Numbered from the stretch's first letter, positions 9,315-18,594 are shown. The stretch is 64,000 nucleotides of DNA from Planctomycetota bacterium (GCA_965248445.1 CBDFJG010000002.1:288001-352000), one strand, 5' to 3'. The notes: generated from the sequence alone by a model not told the origin. Numbers and translations: made by a program.

Positions 9315-9626
9315 CGCTGCGTCGCGGCACTCGGGTCGCGCAGCGACCCTCGCGCCGCTCCTTGCGTGCGTGTCTCCCGCCTACGCGGTCTCCGACCGCT
9401 ACGGCGGTGGCTCGCTGCGCGCGGGCACTGCGGTCGCTCCGCGACCTCGTGCCCATGCTCGCTCGCGCGCGCCGCTGACACCGGGTCTAAGAACTACACC
9501 TTTAAGCCTGGGCGTGGCTGGATACGGAGCCAGGACCAGCTGATGCGCCCCGACGCTCGGATGTTCCGATTCGAGCCCTCCAATCCGGCCGATTCCGTCC
9601 TGACTCGGTGCGCACGTACTCGTGAG

Positions 9627-11158
9627 GTACCCGTTCAGGGTATGACGATCCGCGGCCTCAGCGCGTGATCGGGAGCGCGACGAGAGCCGGCGGCGAGCGG
9701 TTGTGCGCGAGTGCCGCGCTGACGTCTGCGAGGTAATCGAAGACGCTCTCGCCACGCTGGCGGAGCGTGGCGGTGACGGTCAGGATGCGCTCGACGAAGC
9801 GGAGTCCGCGCTCGCTCTGACTTCCGTGCGTTGCGCGTCTCCACAGGACCGGCTTGCGCACCGCGCGCTCAGCGGCGTTGTTCGTCGGGGAGACGCCAGG
9901 GACGTCGGCGAAGGTCCACAGAGCCTCCGCTCGGTCGAGCAGATGCCGAGTCGTTCCGCGTACTCGGCGGTGCTTGCTGTCTGCGCCGCGCACGAGCAGC
10001 GTCAGGAGTCGGTCCCATGTGAGACGCAGCTCACGCCGCATGCGGTCGCGGTCCCCGTGCTCGCCGAAGTGACGCTGAGCTCGCATGACAGCCTGGGCGA
10101 GACGCACGGCCTGCTTGCCGAAGCGCCGGCCGCCGCGCGAGCCCTCGGCCAGCGCTCGAAAGTCCCTCTCGAGATGCGCCCAGCAGATCTGGCGGCGCTC
10201 GGTGGGATGCTGGTCGTAAGCGCCCATACGGTCGGTCACGAGGACGCCCCTGAAGCGCTTGCCCACGAGTCGCCGCATGGCCTTGGCGCTCCTGCGCCGA
10301 TCGATACGATGGACCGTGGCGTGCTCACAGACCGCGCTCCACAGCCAATGCAGCGTGCCACGACGCGACCACGGTGTCTCGTCTACATAGGCGACGCTGC
10401 TCGTGCGTACGGCCCCGAGGGCCTCGATGTGCGCTGAGGAGATGGCTCCCGACACCCGCTCCTCGATCGCACTGACCGTGCCCGGTGACATCGAGACGCC
10501 GATGACGTCACGCAACAGACGACTGGTCTCGCGCCGCGACAGGCGGAAGACGCCGACCAGAGCCGCGGTGAGCGCACAGAGTCGCGGGCCGAAGGGACTC
10601 GCCGTCACACCGCTTGGCAGCGAGGCAGTGGACGTGGCGCCACAGTCCGTGCACCGTGCCCGGTGCAACCGGTGCTCGGTCACCTGGATCAGCCGTGGCG
10701 GGACCTCGAAGACCTGCTGGCGTGTCGGGGCGCGATCGATCGGGACGAGCACGTCGCTCCCACACGCGCTGCACTCGCGCGGGCGGTGGTCCTCTACGCC
10801 ATCGACCTCGGACTCGTCCACGAGCTTGCGCGTCGCCCCTTTGTGGCCGGGCTGCGCACCCTGGCGCTTGTCCGACGGCGGCTTGCGCCGCCGCCGCTTC
10901 TTGGACCACGACGGATCCGAGGACGGTGGGCGCGAGGAGGTGCGGGAGTCCCGGCGAAGACGGCTCTCGAGATCGTCGATCCGTGCCGCCTGCCGCTCGA
11001 TCACCTCCGCCTGCTCGGCAATCGTCTCGTCCCGAGCGTCCAGACGACGGGTCAGGCGCTCGACCAGATCACGCAGCTCATCGGTGCCCACATCCGATTC
11101 ATCGACCGAACGGAAAGCGATCTGGATCCGAGCTCAGAACCAAGGGCTGAACGGGTAC
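9627..11158 (-). mobile_element. IS66-family element A (single-ORF, ISBst12-like), complete copy
   Basis: Terminal inverted repeats GTACCCGTTCAG (9627) / CTGAACGGGTAC (11147-11158) enclosing one TnpC-type ORF. Confidence 0.93.
9658..11091 (-). CDS. IS66 transposase (TnpC-like)
   Basis: DSRTSSRPPSSD, GAQPGHKG, two CxxC, YVDET, TDR, QICWAHL.RDF, PTNNAAERAVR. Confidence 0.95.
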   Translation of the reverse strand: MGTDELRDLVERLTRRLDARDETIAEQAEVIERQAARIDDLESRLRRDSRTSSRPPSSDPSWSKKRRRRKPPSDKRQGAQPGHKGATRKLVDESEVDGVEDHRPRECSACGSDVLVPIDRAPTRQQVFEVPPRLIQVTEHRLHRARCTDCGATSTASLPSGVTASPFGPRLCALTAALVGVFRLSRRETSRLLRDVIGVSMSPGTVSAIEERVSGAISSAHIEALGAVRTSSVAYVDETPWSRRGTLHWLWSAVCEHATVHRIDRRRSAKAMRRLVGKRFRGVLVTDRMGAYDQHPTERRQICWAHLERDFRALAEGSRGGRRFGKQAVRLAQAVMRAQRHFGEHGDRDRMRRELRLTWDRLLTLLVRGADSKHRRVRGTTRHLLDRAEALWTFADVPGVSPTNNAAERAVRKPVLWRRATHGSQSERGLRFVERILTVTATLRQRGESVFDYLADVSAALAHNRSPPALVALPITR

Positions 11159-12403
11159 GTCCACAGAGCCTCCGCTCGGTCGAGCAGATGCCGAGTCGTT
11201 CCGCGTACTCGGCGGTGCTTGCTGTCTGCGCCGCGCACGAGCAGCGTCAGGAGTCGGTCCCATGTGAGACGCAGCTCACGCCGCATGCGGTCGCGGTCCC
11301 CGTGCTCGCCGAAGTGACGCTGAGCTCGCATGACAGCCTGGGCGAGACGCACGGCCTGCTTGCCGAAGCGCCGGCCGCCGCGCGAGCCCTCGGCCAGCGC
11401 TCGAAAGTCCCTCTCGAGATGCGCCCAGCAGATCTGGCGGCGCTCGGTGGGATGCTGGTCGTAAGCGCCCATACGGTCGGTCACGAGGACGCCCCTGAAG
11501 CGCTTGCCCACGAGTCGCCGCATGGCCTTGGCGCTCCTGCGCCGATCGATACGATGGACCGTGGCGTGCTCACAGACCGCGCTCCACAGCCAATGCAGCG
11601 TGCCACGACGCGACCACGGTGTCTCGTCTACATAGGCGACGCTGCTCGTGCGTACGGCCCCGAGGGCCTCGATGTGCGCTGAGGAGATGGCTCCCGACAC
11701 CCGCTCCTCGATCGCACTGACCGTGCCCGGTGACATCGAGACGCCGATGACGTCACGCAACAGACGACTGGTCTCGCGCCGCGACAGGCGGAAGACGCCG
11801 ACCAGAGCCGCGGTGAGCGCACAGAGTCGCGGGCCGAAGGGACTCGCCGTCACACCGCTTGGCAGCGAGGCAGTGGACGTGGCGCCACAGTCCGTGCACC
11901 GTGCCCGGTGCAACCGGTGCTCGGTCACCTGGATCAGCCGTGGCGGGACCTCGAAGACCTGCTGGCGTGTCGGGGCGCGATCGATCGGGACGAGCACGTC
12001 GCTCCCACACGCGCTGCACTCGCGCGGGCGGTGGTCCTCTACGCCATCGACCTCGGACTCGTCCACGAGCTTGCGCGTCGCCCCTTTGTGGCCGGGCTGC
12101 GCACCCTGGCGCTTGTCCGACGGCGGCTTGCGCCGCCGCCGCTTCTTGGACCACGACGGATCCGAGGACGGTGGGCGCGAGGAGGTGCGGGAGTCCCGGC
12201 GAAGACGGCTCTCGAGATCGTCGATCCGTGCCGCCTGCCGCTCGATCACCTCCGCCTGCTCGGCAATCGTCTCGTCCCGAGCGTCCAGACGACGGGTCAG
12301 GCGCTCGACCAGATCACGCAGCTCATCGGTGCCCACATCCGATTCATCGACCGAACGGAAAGCGATCTGGATCCGAGCTCAGAACCAAGGGCTGAACGGG
12401 TAC
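11159..12403 (-). mobile_element. Truncated tandem copy of IS66-A (equals 9914-11158)
   Basis: Matches copy 1 at offset +1245; ORF 11134-12336 identical up to ...EALWT then reads into the IR of copy 1; lacks the NNAAER catalytic segment. Confidence 0.93.
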
Positions 12404-12842
12404 GCGTGTCGGGGCGCGATCGATCGGGACGAGCACGTCGCTCCCACACGCGCTGCACTCGCGCGGGCGGTGGTCCTCTACGCCATCGACCTCGGACTCG
12501 TCCACGAGCTTGCGCGTCGCCCCTTTGTGGCCGGGCTGCGCACCCTGGCGCTTGTCCGACGGCGGCTTGCGCCGCCGCCGCTTCTTGGACCACGACGGAT
12601 CCGAGGACGGTGGGCGCGAGGAGGTGCGGGAGTCCCGGCGAAGACGGCTCTCGAGATCGTCGATCCGTGCCGCCTGCCGCTCGATCACCTCCGCCTGCTC
12701 GGCAATCGTCTCGTCCCGAGCGTCCAGACGACGGGTCAGGCGCTCGACCAGATCACGCAGCTCATCGGTGCCCACATCCGATTCATCGACCGAACGGAAA
12801 GCGATCTGGATCCGAGCTCAGAACCAAGGGCTGAACGGGTAC
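12404..12842 (-). mobile_element. Second truncated tandem copy of IS66-A (equals 10720-11158)
   Basis: Matches copy 1 at offset +1684; ORF 12344-12775 encodes only the N-terminal ~124 aa; ends in CTGAACGGGTAC. Confidence 0.93.
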
Positions 12843-13118
12843 GGACGCGGCATCTCTCTTCGAGGTCCGGTTCAGGTCATGCGCACCAAGATCTCGGGTG
12901 CCGGCGCCGAGGGCGTCTTCGTGGAACTCGGGGGGACGCTTCTCGACAGGGTGACCATCAAGGACTCGACGCTCGACGGCCTCCACGTCGTCGAGGGAGG
13001 CAATGAGTTCGTGAAGGTCAAGGCGTCGGGGAGCGGCGCACTGGACGTCGTCGACGAAGCGGGCGCCGCCGCGAACACGTACACGAACTGCAAGTTCGGG
13101 AACGCCTCGCCGCCGTAG
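12843..13118 (+). pseudogene. 3' remnant of a beta-helix-like protein gene, 5' part replaced by the IS66 array
   Basis: Frame GRGISLRGPVQVMRTKISGAGAEGVFV...NTYTNCKFGNASPP* begins exactly at the IS end; repeat pattern resembles parallel beta-helix. Confidence 0.55.
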
Positions 13119-13339
13119 CCATGGCGAGTTGATCGGCGGGTGCGAGCCGCGAAGTGTCGCATTTCTGCGCACTTGCGGCGTGAGGCACGCCGACAGGCTC
13201 GTTTCGAGAGACTAAATCGCTCTCAAACGCTTCTGAATGAACAGGAAACACGCTTGCGACCGATATACGAGGTAAGCGACGGTGCGTGCGCAGCACCGGC
13301 GCCGACAGGCTCAGAAGAGAGAGAGAAGGGAGGGACTCC

Positions 13340-13594
13340 ATGAGTACTGCTCCTCTGTTCATCGAGCTCGATGTGTTCGGAGATGCCCTGGGACTCGTCA
13401 ATTCGAGTCAAGGCGGGGCTGACTATCAGGATGTCCGCGGGCTCTACCGCGATCTGTCGATGATCGTCGTGGGCTGGCTGGCAAAGGCGTCACGCTACGA
13501 AGTGGCGAAGGCCTACGAGATCGGCGGTTGGCGCGGCACGCCCAACGTCCATGCGCTGCAACAGGCAGCCCGGATGTGGTACGCCGCGAAGTAA
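13340..13594 (+). pseudogene. Hypothetical gene interrupted by IS66-B
   Basis: GGAGGG RBS and ATG 13340; its TAA stop lies inside the first bases of the IS (GTAA, 13591-13594). Confidence 0.55.
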
Positions 13595-15090
13595 CCGTTC
13601 ACCCCTTCGTCGCGAGCCAGGATCCAGATCGTTCGGCCATCGGTCGATCAAGAGGTTGTGGGCGAGCGGCAGGACGAGGATCTGCGGGCGATGGTCGAGG
13701 GCCTTCTGGCCTGGATCGAGGAGTTGGAGCGTCGCGAAGCGAAGCATCTGCGCCGCATCGACGAGCTCGAGTCGCGTCTGAAGCGTGACTCCCGCAACAG
13801 CTCGAGGCCTCCGTCGTCGGACCCGGCGTGGTCCAAGCGCCGTCGCGGCCGAAGGCCGCGTAGCGGTCGCAAGCAGGGCGGACAGCCGGGCCATGAGGGC
13901 ACGGCGCGCGAGCTGGTGGATCCGTCCAACGTCGATGAGACCAAGGAGCACCGTCCCGACCTCTGCGACGCGTGCGGACACGACGATCTCGAGCAGGGCA
14001 TCGGCGATCCGTACCGGCACCAGGTGACGGTGCTCCCGCGCGTGCTCGTCACGGTGCGGGAGCACCGGCTGCACAAGGCGCGGTGCCGGCGCTGTCGTGC
14101 GGTCACGACGGCGGTCCTGCCCGATGGCGTGCCGACCGGGGCCTTCGGTCCGCGGCTGACCACACTTGCCGGCGCGCTGCGCGGCGTGTACCGCGTGAGC
14201 GTGCGGGAGACGCAGCGGCTGCTCGGTGAGATCTTCGGTGTGAAGATGTCGCTGGGCAAGATCAGCGACTGTGAGCGTCGGCTCAGTGACGCTCTGCACT
14301 CGTCGTACCTCGAAGCCCTCGGGGCAGTCCGCACGTCGCTGCGAGCCAACGTGGACGAGACGTCGTGGAAGGAACGGGGCCGGGTGTGCTGGCTGTGGGC
14401 GGCGGAGAGCGAGCACGCCACAGCCTTCGGGATCGATCGCCGCCGCAGTGCCAAGGCGAAAGGGCGGCTGATCGGGCGGCGCTTCGGTGGCACGGTGATC
14501 AGCGACCGGATGGGTGCCTACGAGTCACACCCACTTGCCCGCCGCCAGCTCTGCTGGGCGCACATCGAGCGCGCCTTCCGTGCGCTGGCCGAAGGCCCGC
14601 GAGGACATCGCCGCTTCGGCAACAAGGGCGTCATGATCGCGCAGTCGGTCATGCGCAGCTACCGGCTCTTCGGTGAGCACGGCGACCGTGACCGGCTGCA
14701 AGGCGAAGCCGCTGTGCTGCGCGGACGGCTCGAGCGACTGATCGCGAACGACGACTCGGCTCTGGCCAACCATCTGCGCCCCCGCGTGGTCGCCCTCTTC
14801 ACCTATGCGCGGACCCAGGACGTGAGTCCGACGAACAACGCCGCCGAGCGCGCGGTCCGCAAAGCGGTGCTCTGGCGCAAGGGCTCCTTCGGAAGCCAGT
14901 CCGCTCGCGGACTCCGCTTCGCCGAGCGCGTGTTGACCGCCGCGGCCACGCTGCGACGCCGTGGCGACCAAGTCTTCGACTTCCTCGCCGACTCGGTCGC
15001 CGCGCACCTCACCGGCGCCGACCCGCCCGTCATGGTCCCGCTGCCCGTCGCACGCTGAGGCTCACACGCTGTCAAGGGGTGAACGGTTAC
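13591..15090 (+). mobile_element. IS66-family element B (1500 bp)
   Basis: Perfect 17-bp IR GTAACCGTTCACCCCTT / AAGGGGTGAACGGTTAC; flanks GCCGCGAA / GCCGCGTC (6/8 match). Confidence 0.93.
13658..15058 (+). CDS. IS66 transposase (TnpC-like), paralogue of element A
   Basis: DSRNSSRPPSSD, NVDET, SDR, QLCWAH, PTNNAAERAVR. Confidence 0.95.
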   Translation: MGERQDEDLRAMVEGLLAWIEELERREAKHLRRIDELESRLKRDSRNSSRPPSSDPAWSKRRRGRRPRSGRKQGGQPGHEGTARELVDPSNVDETKEHRPDLCDACGHDDLEQGIGDPYRHQVTVLPRVLVTVREHRLHKARCRRCRAVTTAVLPDGVPTGAFGPRLTTLAGALRGVYRVSVRETQRLLGEIFGVKMSLGKISDCERRLSDALHSSYLEALGAVRTSLRANVDETSWKERGRVCWLWAAESEHATAFGIDRRRSAKAKGRLIGRRFGGTVISDRMGAYESHPLARRQLCWAHIERAFRALAEGPRGHRRFGNKGVMIAQSVMRSYRLFGEHGDRDRLQGEAAVLRGRLERLIANDDSALANHLRPRVVALFTYARTQDVSPTNNAAERAVRKAVLWRKGSFGSQSARGLRFAERVLTAAATLRRRGDQVFDFLADSVAAHLTGADPPVMVPLPVAR

Positions 15091-15126
15091 GCCGCGTCGA
15101 AGGCCACGGGCAGCACGCCGCACCCC

Positions 15127-15327
15127 CTACTTGCTATCGAGTTCTTCCCGAATCTCTGTCTCGAGCTCGGCCGCCACGTCGTAGTGGCGCCCGATGCGCA
15201 GCCGCGACTCCGTGATGCTCAAGACGGCGTCGATCGCGTCGATCGTCTTGGCCCTTGTTCTTCAGGCGGCGCGCCTCACCGAGTTTCGCCTCCTGCGCGT
15301 CGAGCTGTCTCGTGGCCGTGGCGTCAT
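15127..15327 (-). pseudogene. Short frameshifted gene fragment
   Basis: ...QLDAQEAKLGEARRLKNK in one frame continues as AKTIDAIDAVLSITESRLRIGRHYDVAAELETEIREELDSK* in another. Confidence 0.3.
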
Positions 15328-15761
15328 GACTCCAACTCGCCCCACGTGCACACCCGAATCCCTGAGAATTGCTCCGTGCGCCGCTGGATGAAGCGCAGGA
15401 TCGCGTCACGAACGGACTGCACGTCGCGATCGTGTTTGCTACTCCGCCTGAGGAGCAGCGCGCGCAAGGGCGTATCCATGTGCCAGACCTGAAGAGTCCA
15501 CACGTCTCGATCGGCCTCCCCGGTCGGGCCTATCACTGTCCACGTCAAGTGGATCGCGACGATCGTGGCCCGTGAGTCCACAACCGCCGTGAAGCCAGAT
15601 CCCTCGGCGATCGGTTGCCCCCGCGCCGAGATAGACTCACTCTCGATGCCGTCGAGGATGTGCCGCAGGCACATCCTCCCCGCGGCATCGGGCGACGCAT
15701 TGGGATCGTTGGCTAGGCTCGCCGGGAACATGGCGCTTTCAAAGGCCAAGACCTCATCCAA
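15324..15761 (-). CDS. Small hypothetical protein, candidate immunity protein
   Basis: 145 aa, directly downstream of and co-oriented with the toxin-like remnant; original start probably GTG 15777 before a CTAG duplication. Confidence 0.55.
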   Translation of the reverse strand: MDEVLAFESAMFPASLANDPNASPDAAGRMCLRHILDGIESESISARGQPIAEGSGFTAVVDSRATIVAIHLTWTVIGPTGEADRDVWTLQVWHMDTPLRALLLRRSSKHDRDVQSVRDAILRFIQRRTEQFSGIRVCTWGELES

Positions 15762-15766
15762 CCTAG

Positions 15767-16917
15767 CTAGTAGTCACCTTCGTTCGCGCCCTCCGACGAG
15801 AGAGCATCCCACACCCCGTAGGAGACACCCGCGCCACCAACAACGATAACCCCGCCGGCGACCTTCAGTCGAGTGGGACTTGCGTACCAGCGTACCAGAT
15901 GTACTGCGTCTTGCTGAATGACTCAAGGCCGCCGACAACGTTCGCCGCATTCCACGGTTCCCCCCTGAACAGAGGGAACGTATTGCCTGTCTTGCGTCCG
16001 AAGGGCGCGATCCCGCCGGGGCCCCGGGGCCTCCACCGTGTGCTCGTGCATGGAATTCGTAGAACTGACCCTTCGTCGCTCGCGAGCCGCGAGCCTAGCG
16101 TCTTCAGGTTCCAGGCGCTGTCGACGTATCGACTCAAGAGCCGCCCGCGCAGCGACTCTGGGCCGTACCTCGGGATGAGGACCTTCTTGATGTAGGCGCT
16201 GTGAACGAAGTGATGTCCTGGCCGCGTGTAGGGGGTAGCGAGCCTCTCGGCAGCGCGCTGGGAGTAGCCCTGCTTCAGATAGCGAGTCGTCTGATCGGCT
16301 ACGGCGTCACCGCGCCTCACGATCGTCCCGAGACGCTGATAGTACCGTGAGACGCCCTCTTCGAACGTACCCGCCGTGATGCCCGATGCCTTCGACGCGA
16401 ACGGGCCGAGCACACCACCCAGCACGCCGCACGCCGCCAGCGATGGCAGCTCGAGTTATGGATCCATCGTCCCAGTCGCTCGGGGTAATCGAGTCGTGCT
16501 TCAGCGTCTGCCAGAGCGCCTCCTCTGCGATTGCCGTCGCGGCGCCAACGGCCACACCGGTCCCGACAGCCAACGCCGCCCCCCAGAAGGTCGCCCCGGT
16601 TGCACTCACCGCGGCGGCGACGGAGAGTCCGCCCGCCACCGCCGCCCCGCCAAGTACAGCGATGACCAGTGCCCCGACCGTGTAGACGCCCATCTCCAAG
16701 GGCGTCATGCCCTCGAACATGTCGCCGAGTGCATCCAGGCCGCTCTGGAACGCGCCCTCGGCTTTGGCGAAGTTGAACGCAGCGTGCGCGCGCTCGAGGC
16801 GCAACAACTGATCCGAGTCGTCGATCCCCGCGGCTTCGAGCGCATCGTCAGCGCCGAACCATCGGCCGGCGAGGTCTACCGCGGACTCCAGCAGATTTCG
16901 CGCCGCGGAGCCTGGGA
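15767..16917 (-). pseudogene. C-terminal remnant of a polymorphic (Rhs-like) toxin, 5'-truncated at IS1380 and broken by four micro-duplications
   Basis: Frame open from the IS1380 edge; long Gly/Ala hydrophobic pre-toxin segment, then YTRPGHHFVH...WNLK...KGQFYEFH...IWYASPTRLK; GC lower than flanks. Confidence 0.7.
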
Positions 16918-16921
16918 CTAA

Positions 16922-18590
16922 CCCGAATCGTTCACCAGCCGGGAATCTGAGCGGGCCGTCGTCTGTCTAAGTGCTCGTACTCGCTAGTACTTGCACCGAC
17001 AGGAGCGCCGGCCCGATGACGACAGACTGTAGCCCGCAGGGGACCCTCTTCGCGGGCATCTGTGGACGCACCGCGGTGACGCGCTTCGACGCCGGTACCG
17101 TGACGAGCGACGGGGGCGTGCTGCTGCTCGAGCGGACCGATCGTCGCATCGATCTGCTCTCGCGGTTTGCGCGCTGCTTCGGGGACCACCGGGACCCGCG
17201 TCGGGTCGAGCACACGGTCGGCCAGATGCTGCGTCAGCGGGTCTTCGGGCTGTGCGCGGGCTACGAGGATCTGGTGGACCACGACCATGTCGGCAAGGAC
17301 CCGCTGTTTGCCGCGGCGTGCGGCAAGCGCGAGGGTGCTCTGGCCACGCACCCGACGCTCTCGCGGCTCGAGACCACGCAGCTCGGCGCCACGGCACAGA
17401 CGCGCTACGCCAAGATCGAGATGGACCAGGAGCGCGTGGACAGCGTGCTCAGCGACGTCTTCTGCGAGGCCATGGGGCCGGAGGATCCGGGCCTGCTCGT
17501 GCTGGACCTGGACCACTCCGACGTGCGGCTGCACGGCCGGCAGGAGGGCCGCTTCTTCCACGGCTACTACGGGCACTACTGCTACCTGCCGCTGTACGTC
17601 TTCTGCGGCGAGCACCTCTTGCTCGCTCGGCTCCAGACCGCTGACAGAGATCCCGCGCGCGGAGTCGTGGACGAGCTCCGTGCGCTGGTCTTACGTCTGC
17701 GGCGCCGCTGGCCCCGGGCCAAGGTGCTCGTGCGCGCAGACTCGGGCTTTTGCCGCGAGGAGCTGATGGCCTGGTGCGAGGCCGCCGGCCACTTCTACCT
17801 GCTGGGCATGGCGCGCAATGAGCGCCTTGAGCGACACGTCGAAGACGCGCTCGATGAGGCCGCAGCCCGTGCCGTGCAGACCGGCCGAGCAGCCCGGGTC
17901 TTTCGCGACTTTGCCTGGACCACGCTGGGGAGCTGGAGCCAGAGGCGTCGCGTGGTCGCCAAGGCCGAGCACCTGCCGGGCGGCAAGCGCAATCCCCGCT
18001 TCGTGGTGACCAATCTGCCGCCTCGTAGCTGGAGCAGCAAGCGTCTCTACGAGCAGCTCTACTGCGCCCGGGGCGAGGCGGAGAATCGCATCAAGGAGCA
18101 GCAGCTCGAGCTCTTCGGCACCCGTCTGTCGGTGCACACGATGCAGGGCAACGCCGTGCGGATGGCCATGTCGGCCATGGCCTACGTCCTGACCTGTGCG
18201 CTGCGACGCATCGGTCTCGCCGGCACCGAGATGGCGCGTGCGCAAGCCGGCACGATCCGCCTGCGGCTGCTCAAGATCGGCGCGCTCGTGCGGATCACGA
18301 CGCGCCGGATCTGGGTCTCGATGTCCTCGTCGTGGCCCTGGCAGCACGTCTTCGAGCGCTGCGCGCAACGACTGCTGGCATCCCCGAAGCCGACCTGACG
18401 TCCCGCCGCGCCGTCCGCCACACCACCGCCCGGCCTACGGTCTGCCCACACCGCAGAATCCGCGCCGTTTCGGCCGCTCACTCGCGTTGCCCTTGTGGCA
18501 ACGACGACAGCATCCGCCCTCGCCTGGCCAAGATCTGACCCTGTGGACTCCGAAAGCACCGTCATCGCGACGTCTCGTGAACAGATGCGG
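16922..18590 (+). mobile_element. IS1380-family insertion sequence
   Basis: Imperfect IR CCCGAATCGTTCACCAG ... CTCGTGAACAGATGCGG; flanked by CTAA / CTAG. Confidence 0.85.
17016..18398 (+). CDS. IS1380-family DDE transposase
   Basis: FDAGTVTSDGG, GYEDLVDHD, LDLDHSD..LHGRQEGRFFHGYY, VRADSGF, YCARGEAENRIKEQQ, TIRLRLLKIGA. Confidence 0.96.
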   Translation: MTTDCSPQGTLFAGICGRTAVTRFDAGTVTSDGGVLLLERTDRRIDLLSRFARCFGDHRDPRRVEHTVGQMLRQRVFGLCAGYEDLVDHDHVGKDPLFAAACGKREGALATHPTLSRLETTQLGATAQTRYAKIEMDQERVDSVLSDVFCEAMGPEDPGLLVLDLDHSDVRLHGRQEGRFFHGYYGHYCYLPLYVFCGEHLLLARLQTADRDPARGVVDELRALVLRLRRRWPRAKVLVRADSGFCREELMAWCEAAGHFYLLGMARNERLERHVEDALDEAAARAVQTGRAARVFRDFAWTTLGSWSQRRRVVAKAEHLPGGKRNPRFVVTNLPPRSWSSKRLYEQLYCARGEAENRIKEQQLELFGTRLSVHTMQGNAVRMAMSAMAYVLTCALRRIGLAGTEMARAQAGTIRLRLLKIGALVRITTRRIWVSMSSSWPWQHVFERCAQRLLASPKPT

Positions 18591-18594
18591 CTAG

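Noticed and set aside
12964..12978. ctcgacg x2 as another TSD scar
   Set aside because: The frame is already open (DSTLDG) and collapsing it introduces a stop. It shows that 7-bp doublets also arise by chance at this GC content.
13148..13178. Integron attC site
   Set aside because: Bulged hairpin present, but no RYYYAAC/GTTRRRY core pair and no integron integrase.
13583..15098. Perfect 8-bp TSD for IS66-B
   Set aside because: Flanks GCCGCGAA vs GCCGCGTC match only 6/8; reported as imperfect.
15227..15322. 9-bp (gcgtcgatc) and 6-bp (cgtggc) tandem doublets as scars
   Set aside because: Both are in frame, so there is no independent evidence; they do not explain the frameshift in that fragment.
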